A stretch of 50,623 nucleotides of DNA from a virus. Taxonomy: Duplodnaviria > Caudoviricetes. This document shows positions 28,769 to 38,409 of this stretch, in pieces. How positions within the stretch are numbered: position 1 is the first letter of the stretch; each line of letters begins with the position of its first letter. Made by a program: the position numbers and the translations under genes. Where the stretch lies: IMG/VR virus record IMGVR_UViG_3300027863_000904, positions 1 to 50,623 of that record. One strand, given 5' to 3'. The notes under the pieces are model-generated. The model did no database searches and had not been told where the DNA came from. It saw only the letters and a list, made by a program, of their open reading frames with translations.

Positions 28769-29287
28769 ATGGCTACACGAGTGCTTATTAGATCCTTGTC
28801 TCTTCAAAAGTCAGAAGCTACAAATAGTCTACGAAATATTCTCGTTGACTTGGCAACGGTAGAAACAGTAACAGTATCAGTAAGCAAAGCAGGAGGAGCT
28901 TTCACATCATCATCTGCTACTGCTTCACAGGTTGATGGTCCTCTTCATGTAGTTGCGCTAACAACAGATGATTTGGATACTGTCGGAGAATTGGCATTGA
29001 AACTAGTTGGTACGACTGACACAACTTATGTCTACGGCATTACTGTCCATGATCATAATCCGTGGAGTATATTTTCCTCCCTTGTGTCTACAGCAAAGAC
29101 AGTAACAGGGAGTATTGCTTCGCTTCTGAACAGAATTTATAGACGGGTTGGGTATGGGTATATTTCAACTGATACCAGTACTAATACCGTTGTTACCAGA
29201 GACGGGTCATCCGGTAATAGTGACTTGCTGCTTACGCAGACAATTGATACTGTAGGAAACGTCACTACTATTACCCCAACGGAGTAG
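28769..29287 (+). CDS. putative virion protein
   Basis: T/S/V-rich; VSVSKAGGAF and LTTDDLDTVGEL; RBS. Confidence 0.6.
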   Translation: MATRVLIRSLSLQKSEATNSLRNILVDLATVETVTVSVSKAGGAFTSSSATASQVDGPLHVVALTTDDLDTVGELALKLVGTTDTTYVYGITVHDHNPWSIFSSLVSTAKTVTGSIASLLNRIYRRVGYGYISTDTSTNTVVTRDGSSGNSDLLLTQTIDTVGNVTTITPTE

Positions 29288-29291
29288 AAAT

Positions 29292-29930
29292 ATGAACTAC
29301 ATCACTCCTAGCCAAAGACAATCCGTAGTAGACGTTGCACTTCGTGCAGTAAATGCTCATATTTCAGGTCAGTCAAAAATCACGCTTGGAGGCCAAGAGT
29401 TTGACCTCAGAACAGGTGGATATTGTGCGCGCTTCGTTCGTCAATGTTATGAGGTTGCACTTGGCCTCGGAGAAGGTGACTGGCAGTTTTCTGCTGGATC
29501 CGCATTGGAAATGGAGCAAAAACTTCGAGCCGCCGGACTTGGTATTCCACGTGAAAAGGCTCAGCCTGGAGATATTGTGGCAATTAACAGAAACAGTGGT
29601 CAATATGGCCATATAGCTATCTATATTGGTGGTGGCTGGATGGCTGAAAACACAATTTCCGTTTCTAGGGGTATACCAACTGAAGCAGGAACAAAGAAAT
29701 CTCCAATCTCAGCGGTTGATGAACGTATAACTGGTTTTTATAGTCTATGCCAACAAGGGAAGTATAATCCAAGTGCCATCATAGTTCAGTCTACAGAAGG
29801 AAAGGTACTCACAAGGAGGGGTTATCTTGCTAATGGTGAGCTTTGGGTTCCTGCTAGAGAAGTGTTGGAGGCACTAGGGCATAAAGTTACTGATCATCTT
29901 GGGGATTTAGGAAAAGTATTTGTGGAATAG
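29292..29930 (+). CDS. endolysin, NlpC/P60-CHAP-like, with a C-terminal copper-amine-oxidase-N-like domain
   Basis: GYCARFV, AQPGDIV, YGHIAIYIG; LWVPAREVLEALG. Confidence 0.8.
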   Translation: MNYITPSQRQSVVDVALRAVNAHISGQSKITLGGQEFDLRTGGYCARFVRQCYEVALGLGEGDWQFSAGSALEMEQKLRAAGLGIPREKAQPGDIVAINRNSGQYGHIAIYIGGGWMAENTISVSRGIPTEAGTKKSPISAVDERITGFYSLCQQGKYNPSAIIVQSTEGKVLTRRGYLANGELWVPAREVLEALGHKVTDHLGDLGKVFVE

Positions 29931-30309
29931 GTTGGTGACGTTAATGGTTTTGATCCAACGCTTTGTTTCAATAATTGTCAGTTTATGTGTGCTCTTCATA
30001 GCACATGCTCTTGCTCAGTCTGATAAGGTGCAGACAAATTATGATCCTGTTGTGATTGGTGAAAATACAAGAATAAACCTAGGCTTTGCTATCCTCATTA
30101 CTGTTACACTTATCAATATTGGCCTTCAGTTGTTTGGCAGGACATTTGTCCATCGTTATGAATGTTCCCTTCGTCATCAGACAATTGATGATAAGGTATC
30201 TGAAATGAGTCGTATTCTTATCAAGCTTGATGAAAAGATAAGCAAACTCGATGAAACTGTAGTTCGACTTGATACTTCTGTAAATAAACGGCAAAGGAGT
30301 GAAATATAA
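29920..30309 (+). CDS. membrane protein with C-terminal coiled coil (lysis accessory?)
   Basis: Two hydrophobic segments; lies between endolysin and holin. Confidence 0.65.
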   Translation: MWNRLVTLMVLIQRFVSIIVSLCVLFIAHALAQSDKVQTNYDPVVIGENTRINLGFAILITVTLINIGLQLFGRTFVHRYECSLRHQTIDDKVSEMSRILIKLDEKISKLDETVVRLDTSVNKRQRSEI

Positions 30310-30662
30310 TGACTTGGTATGATATTTTTACGCCGGAAGTTCAACATGCTATAGCAACCGCCATTGGGGCAATTCTGACAATTATTGCTTGCGCCTTGGC
30401 AAGTGCGCTACTGAAGGTTCTTGAGATTTGGAAGCAGAAGCTTTACACTGAAGTGGAGACGCTTGCAGGTCTGCGAACACGCACTATTGTTCAAAGTCTA
30501 GTTGAAGCGGCTGAGCAAAAGTTTTCAAATGAGGCAGAAGAGGCAGGAAAGAGAAAATTTGAACAGGTTATTGCTTGGGCCCGTGAGAAAGGAATTGACG
30601 TCACAGAGGCAGATATTGAGGCTGCGGTACTCGCACTGAAGTCAAAGCGTCAGCACAGTTGA
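30309..30662 (+). CDS. holin (LL-H-like)
   Basis: N-terminal TM; VEAAEQ..G.RKFEQV..GIDV..IEAAV. Confidence 0.75.
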   Translation: MTWYDIFTPEVQHAIATAIGAILTIIACALASALLKVLEIWKQKLYTEVETLAGLRTRTIVQSLVEAAEQKFSNEAEEAGKRKFEQVIAWAREKGIDVTEADIEAAVLALKSKRQHS

Positions 30663-30687
30663 CGCAAAGCAAAACTTCAAGCATAAT

Positions 30688-30720
30688 ATGAAGGGCCTTG
30701 TAAAAGGCCCTTCATTCTGT
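30688..30720 (+). terminator. hairpin after the lysis genes
   Basis: 12-bp stem ATGAAGGGCCTT/AAGGCCCTTCAT; weak U tract. Confidence 0.55.
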
Positions 30721-30737
30721 AATCAGAGGAGGTAAGC

Positions 30738-31343
30738 GTGAATAAGCGACTTCCAAGATTGCTAGAACTGCTTGATTGGCTATATGGTAATGGATTTATA
30801 ACAACCAAGCAGTATGTAAATATGCGAACAAAGGTAACAGTAGGCGCTATTGAGCACAATGAAGACACAATTGATCCTGTCAGTGAAGCAAGACATGAAG
30901 CATATGACTTGATTGCATATGCTCTCTTGCGGTGGGTCATCAAATCACCAGGATCTTGTGACGCCTTGCTAATTCGTACAGGACTTGAAGCACTTTGCGC
31001 CTTGGAGATAGATACAGGAGGCCTCTGGGCTAGGGCAGAAGTTCGTTGGCTGAAAACGTTAGGAAAATTCCTATTCTGTTACGCTGTACTCATCCAGCCT
31101 GATGGAACAATCTTGGAAAGAACATTCAAAATTTCAACTAGCACCAAATCCATGCGTGATAAACTCACAAAGTGGACAAAGAAGGCTGCAATTACCTACT
31201 GCCTAAATGGCGTTGCTTTGGCATTTGATTCAGAGAGACGTGCGTTGCGACTTGATTTGTATCATTCACGTCCATTTGCACTACTTGCTCCTTACGACAG
31301 TGTTCCGCAGTACTTGTGGCCTGAAAAGCCAATCATCCTCTGA
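30738..31343 (+). CDS. hypothetical protein
   Basis: GGAGGT RBS, GTG start, 201 aa. Confidence 0.7.
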   Translation: MNKRLPRLLELLDWLYGNGFITTKQYVNMRTKVTVGAIEHNEDTIDPVSEARHEAYDLIAYALLRWVIKSPGSCDALLIRTGLEALCALEIDTGGLWARAEVRWLKTLGKFLFCYAVLIQPDGTILERTFKISTSTKSMRDKLTKWTKKAAITYCLNGVALAFDSERRALRLDLYHSRPFALLAPYDSVPQYLWPEKPIIL

Positions 31344-31751
31344 TAGCAACTCAACCAGAGTATCTACCATGCGTTGATTTCGTTCCTTCAAGAAGTAATG
31401 GACGGCATGAGCGAAAGCGTCAAGCTCATGTTTATTCACAATTGCCGTCCCAAGCTTCAAAGCAATTTGCTTAGCACGGGGATGACGAAGACAAGGATCC
31501 TGTTTGATTACTTCACCATGAGCACTTTCCAGAAGCGTAATGACTTTTTCAGCGACTGCCTCACGACCCACCATGGCGTTGCCTGGACGCCAAGTGAATT
31601 TCTCAACTACAAGTACGTCAACTCTTTTTGCTTTCTCAGCTAGGCTTCCTACGTCATTCAGCTGAGTGTGACCATGTTCCAGTACCTCCAGGTCATCATT
31701 CATAATTACCCATCCAGTTGTTTCTCCCGGATCTACAAACATAAATTTCAT
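31281..31751 (-). CDS. RuvC/RNase H-fold Holliday junction resolvase-like protein
   Basis: FVDPGETTGW, VVEKF, HELDAFAH. Confidence 0.8.
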   Translation of the reverse strand: MKFMFVDPGETTGWVIMNDDLEVLEHGHTQLNDVGSLAEKAKRVDVLVVEKFTWRPGNAMVGREAVAEKVITLLESAHGEVIKQDPCLRHPRAKQIALKLGTAIVNKHELDAFAHAVHYFLKERNQRMVDTLVELLSEDDWLFRPQVLRNTVVRSK

Positions 31752-31766
31752 GAATTGTCACTTCCC

Positions 31767-32180
31767 TTACTTAGTCTTCTTACTTGCTTCTTCCTTGCGA
31801 ACACACTTTGGACACATGAAAATAATTTTCTCATCTTGAAATTTCACTGACGGAATTCTCTTGATGTTTTCATTACAGATAGAACAATGAAGAGGTTCAT
31901 TAGGATTAGGAAGACTAAGTGCATTGGCAACTTTCCTCCCAAAACTGGTAATCTTGAAGTTACCACCATAATGCCTAATCAAGTCACGTCGCAACATTTG
32001 CAAAATTGAGTGTTCAGTGACTTTTAGACTTTGTGATAATTTTCTCATAGTATGCACCAGTTCAGTAACACTGAGTTGTCCATTATCTGCTGCCGCTAAT
32101 GCTTGCAATGTGACTAGGACGTCATAGTACCCAAGTTGAGCAAGTTCTTTGGCGACATCAACCGGTGATTTGCTCATCAT
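31767..32180 (-). CDS. winged-helix + Zn-ribbon protein (family W)
   Basis: AKELAQLGY..KITSFGRKVANAL..CSIC..CPKC; paralogs at 47579, 49205 and 50261. Confidence 0.7.
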   Translation of the reverse strand: MMSKSPVDVAKELAQLGYYDVLVTLQALAAADNGQLSVTELVHTMRKLSQSLKVTEHSILQMLRRDLIRHYGGNFKITSFGRKVANALSLPNPNEPLHCSICNENIKRIPSVKFQDEKIIFMCPKCVRKEEASKKTK

Positions 32181-33925
32181 TGTCCTCCGTTGTCACCAAT
32201 CTTTTGCTTTTGAGCCCAACATTTTCCGATACTTGCTTCTACAACCAATGGACATCTCAACTTGAAGTCCTGTAAAATAGGTATTCCGGCAAGTGCAATT
32301 TCATGAGCCTTTTCTTCAGGTGCTTCAACGATTATTTCATCATGCACTTGCAGCAGGATTTGCCCTCCATTTTGTCGCACCATCGGATCAAGCTTCAACA
32401 TAGCGCTTTTGACAATCTCTGCGGCGCTTCCCTGGACAAGGTTGGAAATCGCCTTGAAGTGGCTCTTCTCATCATCCTTGTCAAACCTCTTGCGCCTTCC
32501 TCCCCACATAATGATATAACCTCTATTCTTGGCTACGTCTTGAGCCTTTCGAAGAAATGCGGCAACGTTTGGAAACGTCCTCTTATACTGCCAAAGTAAA
32601 TCTCTGGCTTCATCCTCTGATATTCTCAGTTGAACAGACAACTCCTTCGCGCCTGCTCCATACACCATAGCAAAGTTGATTGTCTTTGCTATTTGGCGGT
32701 GTTCCTTTGTGGCATTAGGCCCGAAGATTGCTTCAGCTGTACGTTGATGAACGTCTTGCCCGTTAGCCAGCATACTAAGCATAGCGCTATCACCAGAGTA
32801 ATGAGCCACCACCCTTAGTTCCATTTGTGAATAGTCCCACAGGACAAGCATTTTTCCGTCCGGTGCTTCCATGCACTCTCTAACGTGGTAGATTTCATTC
32901 TCTCTCGGAAGCGCTTGCAGGTTTGGATCCTGACAGGACCATCGGCCGGTTTCTGTTCCAGTCTGGTTTATAGTTGGGTGAATACGACCATCTATCTGCT
33001 TTTCAAGCATCACACTGTAAAACGTGGACAATGACTTTTCCCATGCCCTCCACTCAAGAATAGCCTTCGCCAAGTCCCCTCCCACTTCTTCCAGTGCTTC
33101 TCGACTTGAGGATGGAATACCCAAGACCGCGCACACTTGCTGTGATGAGGCAGGATTTATTGGTCTACCTGCTAATTCACTGATTTCTCTGCTCAGGCGG
33201 TTCATGTTTTGCTGAGCAAGGTCAGCGTACTTCTTCAGCTTCTCAACATTCACTGGAAAGCCAACCTTCTCCATGTTGATAATCAGCCGTGTCAGTTGGA
33301 CTTCCCGTTTGGCTAACTCAAATAGTTCCGGCTCCTTTTCAAGCTCAAGAATAGCCTTTTCATGCAGAATAGCTGTGGCAAGTGCGTCAGTGCATGCATA
33401 CTCATACATATCCTTTGGAGACATGTTTACAATGGCCTTGTGACCACCTAGGCGCATCAGTTTTCTTTCAACTTCATCTATATCAAATCCTATAGCTTTC
33501 GCTCTAACTGAAAGCTTGTTACTTGGCCTCTCATCAAGGATATGCCACAGCACCTGTACGTCTGTAATGCGGCTAAATGGTCCAAATCCGTCACGTCTCA
33601 GCATCCTATAGTCAAAAGGAGCGTTCCACATGAGCCATACGGCTGATTTGTCCCTTGCAGCCATTGCTTGTCTAATCTTGTCAATGACAGGCGCTGGCAA
33701 GTTAGAGTTACCAGCGAAAAGACTACCCAGTTCATGGCGAATAGGAATGTAAAAAGCATGCTTTGTTTCAAGAGGGCACAATGAAAAGCCAACAATGAGG
33801 TCTCTCCACTTGTCTAGGCCTGTAGTTTCCGTGTCAATTGCCACTATTTGAGAGAGTTCAAGCTCATTCAGCAACTCATCTACATTGTCCTCTGTAACCA
33901 ACGTAAGCTTGTAATTTGAGGACAT
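32177..33925 (-). CDS. polA: family A DNA polymerase with 3'-5' exonuclease
   Basis: IDTETTG, TETGRWS..PNLQ, DYSQMELR, AKTINFAMVYG, QVHDE. Confidence 0.97.
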   Translation of the reverse strand: MSSNYKLTLVTEDNVDELLNELELSQIVAIDTETTGLDKWRDLIVGFSLCPLETKHAFYIPIRHELGSLFAGNSNLPAPVIDKIRQAMAARDKSAVWLMWNAPFDYRMLRRDGFGPFSRITDVQVLWHILDERPSNKLSVRAKAIGFDIDEVERKLMRLGGHKAIVNMSPKDMYEYACTDALATAILHEKAILELEKEPELFELAKREVQLTRLIINMEKVGFPVNVEKLKKYADLAQQNMNRLSREISELAGRPINPASSQQVCAVLGIPSSSREALEEVGGDLAKAILEWRAWEKSLSTFYSVMLEKQIDGRIHPTINQTGTETGRWSCQDPNLQALPRENEIYHVRECMEAPDGKMLVLWDYSQMELRVVAHYSGDSAMLSMLANGQDVHQRTAEAIFGPNATKEHRQIAKTINFAMVYGAGAKELSVQLRISEDEARDLLWQYKRTFPNVAAFLRKAQDVAKNRGYIIMWGGRRKRFDKDDEKSHFKAISNLVQGSAAEIVKSAMLKLDPMVRQNGGQILLQVHDEIIVEAPEEKAHEIALAGIPILQDFKLRCPLVVEASIGKCWAQKQKIGDNGGQ

Positions 33926-36699
33926 CAGAACCTCCCGTCTTCATATGCTGTTGTTGATCCTTTGACGCTGTCCATGAATGATACTAGCACAGGCGTCTTC
34001 TCATATCCAAACTTGGTAGGAGCAATCAACTTGTACTTCACAAGGTACTGAATAGCCGCTAGCACATCCTCCCTGTAAAGTCCAAGCATTTCCTCCAGGT
34101 CTCGTGCAGTGAAGGTCTTCATATGCAGGATGTGATTGACTAGTTCATAGTGATCACTAATCCAGTTTTTGACTTCATTGGCGTTAGCCTCTAGCAGTGA
34201 TGTATCAAGGAGATAGCTTCCAGAATATGCAGCATAGGACAGTGCCTTGGAATAATAGATGTTGTTCAGGAAGTCTACTGCTACCATGACGTGATGAGGC
34301 TTGACCACAATTTCGTGACCAGTATGCGTTGAATGAAGCCGTGCAGCCACTGCTATTGCGATTTTTGCTAACTTAATTCGCTGATCCGCGGAAGTCACAA
34401 GCGGAATAGAAGGTGAATAAATTTCACCCATTTCCACCGCTGCATCCATAATCATTTGTTCCACGCCATTTTCCATCACAATTTGATCAGGCGTCCTTGT
34501 CCAAGCCCACAGAATTAGTTGGCGGCACTGCTCTCCGCCATAGAAAGGTGTTTTCCGCTCTCTAATTGTGTTGATATCTCTGCTTGAGACGTCAGAGGAC
34601 AAGCAGCCACAGGCATAGTCAAATCTTGCAATGTCTTCAGGCTTACCAATCAAGTCAGGAATTGCCTCAACCCCATATGTGTAGGATGACATGGCCTTCG
34701 CATCACGCGGATTGCTAATCCAGATAATCCGCGTGCGGGCAGGAACACGTTCAGTCCTAATTTTGGAAATTTCGGCGACGCCTGAACTTCTTACTTGAGA
34801 GAAGCGTGATATATCTTCAATACTCAACCCACTTACTTCATCAACAACCACAAGCCTCCTATCATTCATAGGAAGCTTACCCCATGTGATAATCCATCGG
34901 CCGTTTCCTATTTGTTGAAGGCCCCCAACCATTCCTGCAAAACTTGTGTTTTCTCCGCTAATGACCTCTCCTAGTCCATAGTGAGCAACTAGGGCGGCGG
35001 CCGTTTCACTTTTGCCGGTCCTTGTGTCTCCTATTACGAGACATTCAAGCCAACCCTTTTGAACGTCTCTGCCTGCAAGGCGAAAGCTCAGCACTGAATG
35101 AAAGACCAAGTCCATCGCCATTGTCATTGAGTGTCGGCCAATAATTCCTGTCACGTTTGTTTCAAAATCACAATAAATATGCTCAAGCTTTCGCATACAG
35201 CCTGAAAAGTCATCCGCATCCGGTTCAAACAACTTCAGCATTTCATTCAGTTCATCAGTTACTTCAAAGCTACTCAGGCTGTCTTGGTGCGGAACTATAT
35301 TGTCAATTACGAAGACAATTGTCTGATCACTTGGGTGTGGTATAATTGTTCCAGTAGCCGTATAGGAAGCATTAGGCATGATACCATGGCCAATGTAGTA
35401 AGCACGCTTTGATGAATACTCACCTTCATCCCTGGAGTTCACTGTTGATATTACGGCAATTTCCTCAAGCGTCCCCCACTCTTCCTTCTTGGGTATTATG
35501 TTTTTGCATTTAGCTCCAGCAATTATTGCCAACGTTCTGTCAACGGCGGTAGACGAAGCGTTTACCAATGACAGAATAAGAGAGGGGTCTTTAATTTCTA
35601 TCTTGCGCTTCCCATGATATGAAGCCATGCTACATTGTGAACACATCTTCGCATCTACAGCACATTCAGTGATAATCAGCTTTGGAAAGGTGAAATCAAC
35701 GTTGGCTTTCCCTGCTACCATCAAGTCTACTTTCACTCTGCGGTTTACATACTCTCCAGAGTACGCCGCATTTAAGGTAGTCTCTTCAGCTTCTTGATTC
35801 TGTTCATTCTCTTCTTCTGGTACGTCTTCCTCAAACAAAGAGGCGTTTTCAATCGCCTTAATGAGGGCTTCAGGGCCTCTTGACTTGATTAGATCCGTTA
35901 CATCTTTACCTGCTTCTTTATCAACAAAGAAGAAACGCGGCTTACATCCAGCCGCTAGCAAGGCCCTACAAACACGAATTCCTCCTTGGTGGCCAACCTC
36001 ATCATTGTCATAGCAAACAATGACGTTCTTGTACTTGAGACAAGACGTCCATTCAGACCTCCAAGTCTGCGCTCCACCGGTCCCACTAATTGCGGGTACT
36101 CCAGCCGAAATAGCTGCTAACGCATCAAGCTCTCCCTCAACGAGAAGAATTGTGTCATTAGACAATTGATCAACTGGAAACAAACGCGGCTTGCCAAAGT
36201 CCTGCCCCTCTTCACCTTTCCATGAAATTACTTTTCCTTTCTGTCCAGTCCATGAGTGCAGGCGGACGTTTACTATCCTTCCCGCCATATCACGAACTGG
36301 AATTGCTATTCGCGTTCCTCTAACTCCAAGCTTATATGCTTCAATAACCTCATCGCTAATGCCGCGCGCCTTCAGCCAACTTAAAGCTTGCTCTCCTTCT
36401 TCATCATGGAGAAGGCTAGCCATTTCATCTACTACTTCTTCAGGGATTGTAGGGTCGCCGTTTTCTATCATTTCAGACACAATTTGCACGGCGTCCCTAT
36501 AAGGTATCCCCTTTAAACGGGCGTAAAAATGCGCAGGCCCTCCGCCAATGCGGCACGCATGGCAATACCATACGCCCTCTTCTTTGTTGATACTCATGCT
36601 AGGATGATTATCATCATGAAAAGGGCATGTTACATTTACTTCTGCTGATTGAGATGAGGGGAGTTCGACGAAGCGTGAATAAAAATTCTCGTATTTCAT
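33925..36699 (-). CDS. DnaG-type primase (CHC2 Zn finger + TOPRIM) fused to an MCM-like AAA+ helicase
   Basis: CPFHDD..CHAC, VEGELDAL, YDND; IGDTRTGKSE, TSFAGMVGG, VVVDE, RTRIIWISNP, ARFD. Confidence 0.9.
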   Translation of the reverse strand: MKYENFYSRFVELPSSQSAEVNVTCPFHDDNHPSMSINKEEGVWYCHACRIGGGPAHFYARLKGIPYRDAVQIVSEMIENGDPTIPEEVVDEMASLLHDEEGEQALSWLKARGISDEVIEAYKLGVRGTRIAIPVRDMAGRIVNVRLHSWTGQKGKVISWKGEEGQDFGKPRLFPVDQLSNDTILLVEGELDALAAISAGVPAISGTGGAQTWRSEWTSCLKYKNVIVCYDNDEVGHQGGIRVCRALLAAGCKPRFFFVDKEAGKDVTDLIKSRGPEALIKAIENASLFEEDVPEEENEQNQEAEETTLNAAYSGEYVNRRVKVDLMVAGKANVDFTFPKLIITECAVDAKMCSQCSMASYHGKRKIEIKDPSLILSLVNASSTAVDRTLAIIAGAKCKNIIPKKEEWGTLEEIAVISTVNSRDEGEYSSKRAYYIGHGIMPNASYTATGTIIPHPSDQTIVFVIDNIVPHQDSLSSFEVTDELNEMLKLFEPDADDFSGCMRKLEHIYCDFETNVTGIIGRHSMTMAMDLVFHSVLSFRLAGRDVQKGWLECLVIGDTRTGKSETAAALVAHYGLGEVISGENTSFAGMVGGLQQIGNGRWIITWGKLPMNDRRLVVVDEVSGLSIEDISRFSQVRSSGVAEISKIRTERVPARTRIIWISNPRDAKAMSSYTYGVEAIPDLIGKPEDIARFDYACGCLSSDVSSRDINTIRERKTPFYGGEQCRQLILWAWTRTPDQIVMENGVEQMIMDAAVEMGEIYSPSIPLVTSADQRIKLAKIAIAVAARLHSTHTGHEIVVKPHHVMVAVDFLNNIYYSKALSYAAYSGSYLLDTSLLEANANEVKNWISDHYELVNHILHMKTFTARDLEEMLGLYREDVLAAIQYLVKYKLIAPTKFGYEKTPVLVSFMDSVKGSTTAYEDGRF

Positions 36700-37007
36700 T
36701 GCTTGCTCCGTCGCTTGGCATTGATTTCATTCCAGTGGCGATAGTAGTACCTCAACCTCGCAAGTTTCCGTCTCCTTCGCCTTACTTCTTCAAAATACGG
36801 TCCGCGCTCTTTCTTCTCAATTCTGTGTTCACAAACTGAACAGTGCTGTCTGGTATAGACGCATGATTTGCGCTTATGAGGAGGAAGATTACATCGATAA
36901 AACTTACTTCCCCGACTAGGTTCCCAGTGCATGCAACTCCAGCACCAAGGTCCGCAAGTCTTCCTAGCGCATCTGACCACAGCAGTGCAAGGCATTTTAG
37001 ACACCAC
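36696..37007 (-). CDS. Cys-rich, basic hypothetical protein
   Basis: 4-nt overlap with the primase start; multiple Cys pairs. Confidence 0.55.
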   Translation of the reverse strand: MVSKMPCTAVVRCARKTCGPWCWSCMHWEPSRGSKFYRCNLPPHKRKSCVYTRQHCSVCEHRIEKKERGPYFEEVRRRRRKLARLRYYYRHWNEINAKRRSKQ

Positions 37008-37012
37008 GGCCT

Positions 37013-37046
37013 AGCAAGGGAGGCGCCTGTGTGCGCCTCCCTTGCT
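37013..37046. terminator. 14-bp perfect hairpin downstream of the SSB gene
   Basis: AGCAAGGGAGGCGC-CTGTGT-GCGCCTCCCTTGCT; no clear U tract. Confidence 0.5.
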
Positions 37047-37059
37047 TGAAATGCGCAAC

Positions 37060-37518
37060 CTAGAATGGTGGCTCTTCCTCTTGCGTCCCTCCTGTACTCG
37101 CCACTTGATTATCTTCCACGCCACCTCCGCTGTCAACTGCTCTTAGAACATCCACAACCTCATTGCGCAGGCGTCCGTTGAATACACCATTGGTTACTAC
37201 AGCAAGTACCTTGCAACCTACCAAATCCTCTGCGGAAATGTCAATTCCTCCCGGCTGATTTAGCTGATCAGGTTCATAGCCAAGGGCGATAAGCGTCTTT
37301 TTGAACCGCCATAGGGCTTGTGGCTGAAGGCTATTGTTGTAGCGGAACTGAACACCAGCCTCTGGACCGTCAAGAACCTGAAGTGTGAACTCAATATAGG
37401 GAGCTCCTGTTGCCGACAACTTTTGTGCCACTTTACTTACATAGCACTCATACGTACCTGGCTCTACAACTCTGTATTCTGGCTGATCAACTTGAGAGAA
37501 GTCAACGTGAATAGGCAT
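37060..37518 (-). CDS. single-stranded DNA-binding protein (DUF669-like)
   Basis: VEPGTYECYV, ALWRFK, acidic tail ending EEEPPF. Confidence 0.85.
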   Translation of the reverse strand: MPIHVDFSQVDQPEYRVVEPGTYECYVSKVAQKLSATGAPYIEFTLQVLDGPEAGVQFRYNNSLQPQALWRFKKTLIALGYEPDQLNQPGGIDISAEDLVGCKVLAVVTNGVFNGRLRNEVVDVLRAVDSGGGVEDNQVASTGGTQEEEPPF

Positions 37519-37530
37519 TGCACATTCTCC

Positions 37531-38409
37531 TTATCCTTTTGGTTTTTCTTTGACTTCCAGCATACGCTGGAAGATTTCAGACAGGTTAGGACCTACATAC
37601 ACCGGCTCCAAGTTTCCACTTCTGTCCTTAGCGACAATTCCAGCTCTTGGGTTGCAGGTGAGAATACGTTCTCCGTCCTTTCCTACTGCGAGGTGAAACA
37701 CCCCGTGCATGGCGGCTAGTGTGTCTTCCATCAGCCGAGGAGACAATGCCGGTAGAGTTGTCCACTTTGCCAAAGCATTGTTGTCCATCGACTCTTGCGC
37801 AATGATAATCACGTGAAGCGGTACGGCTACCACCTCACGCAAAAGCTGCTTCATTTGTTGTGTGTTGAAGCCGTAGTCTCCAATTTCTACATTGAATACC
37901 ACCTGCGGATCATCCGGATTTTCTGCGGTGCGATAAAGCCGCTCTCCTAGTCCCATTGCTGACAACTCTGTCATTGTGTCAACTACTACTGTCTCATAAG
38001 GGCACCTGTCAGAGGCACAAAGCTGCCGCAACGCCTCCAATGCAGCCCGAAAGTCAGCAATGCTTTCAATTTCGCGAACTGATACATCAAGTCCTCTAAG
38101 GACGATCGTAGAATGTTCAATGTCTAGGAACACAGGCTTTGGTGCAGTGGACGCCAATGTTGTTTTTCCGACGCCGGAAGCACCATAAATCATTACGCGA
38201 AGCTTAGGGTTGACGTTTTCTACCTTGTAGAACATTTCAGCCGGATCTGCAACCGGCAGCGTCACAGTCATTTGACGCGGTGTAGGCGGTGGAGCAACAC
38301 GTACTCCTAGTCGTGGTCCCTGTGGCCTAGTGAGACGAGGACCTTGTGCAGCTGGTTGTTGCGCTGCTTGTTCCTGCTTTTGTTCCTCTGGTGCTTGTTC
38401 TTTAGTCAC
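37531..38409 (-). CDS. AAA_24/Sak4-like ATPase
   Basis: IYGASGVGKTT, VVVDTMTE, AKDRSG; start moved to GTG 38409 after GGAGGAG. Confidence 0.85.
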   Translation of the reverse strand: MTKEQAPEEQKQEQAAQQPAAQGPRLTRPQGPRLGVRVAPPPTPRQMTVTLPVADPAEMFYKVENVNPKLRVMIYGASGVGKTTLASTAPKPVFLDIEHSTIVLRGLDVSVREIESIADFRAALEALRQLCASDRCPYETVVVDTMTELSAMGLGERLYRTAENPDDPQVVFNVEIGDYGFNTQQMKQLLREVVAVPLHVIIIAQESMDNNALAKWTTLPALSPRLMEDTLAAMHGVFHLAVGKDGERILTCNPRAGIVAKDRSGNLEPVYVGPNLSEIFQRMLEVKEKPKG

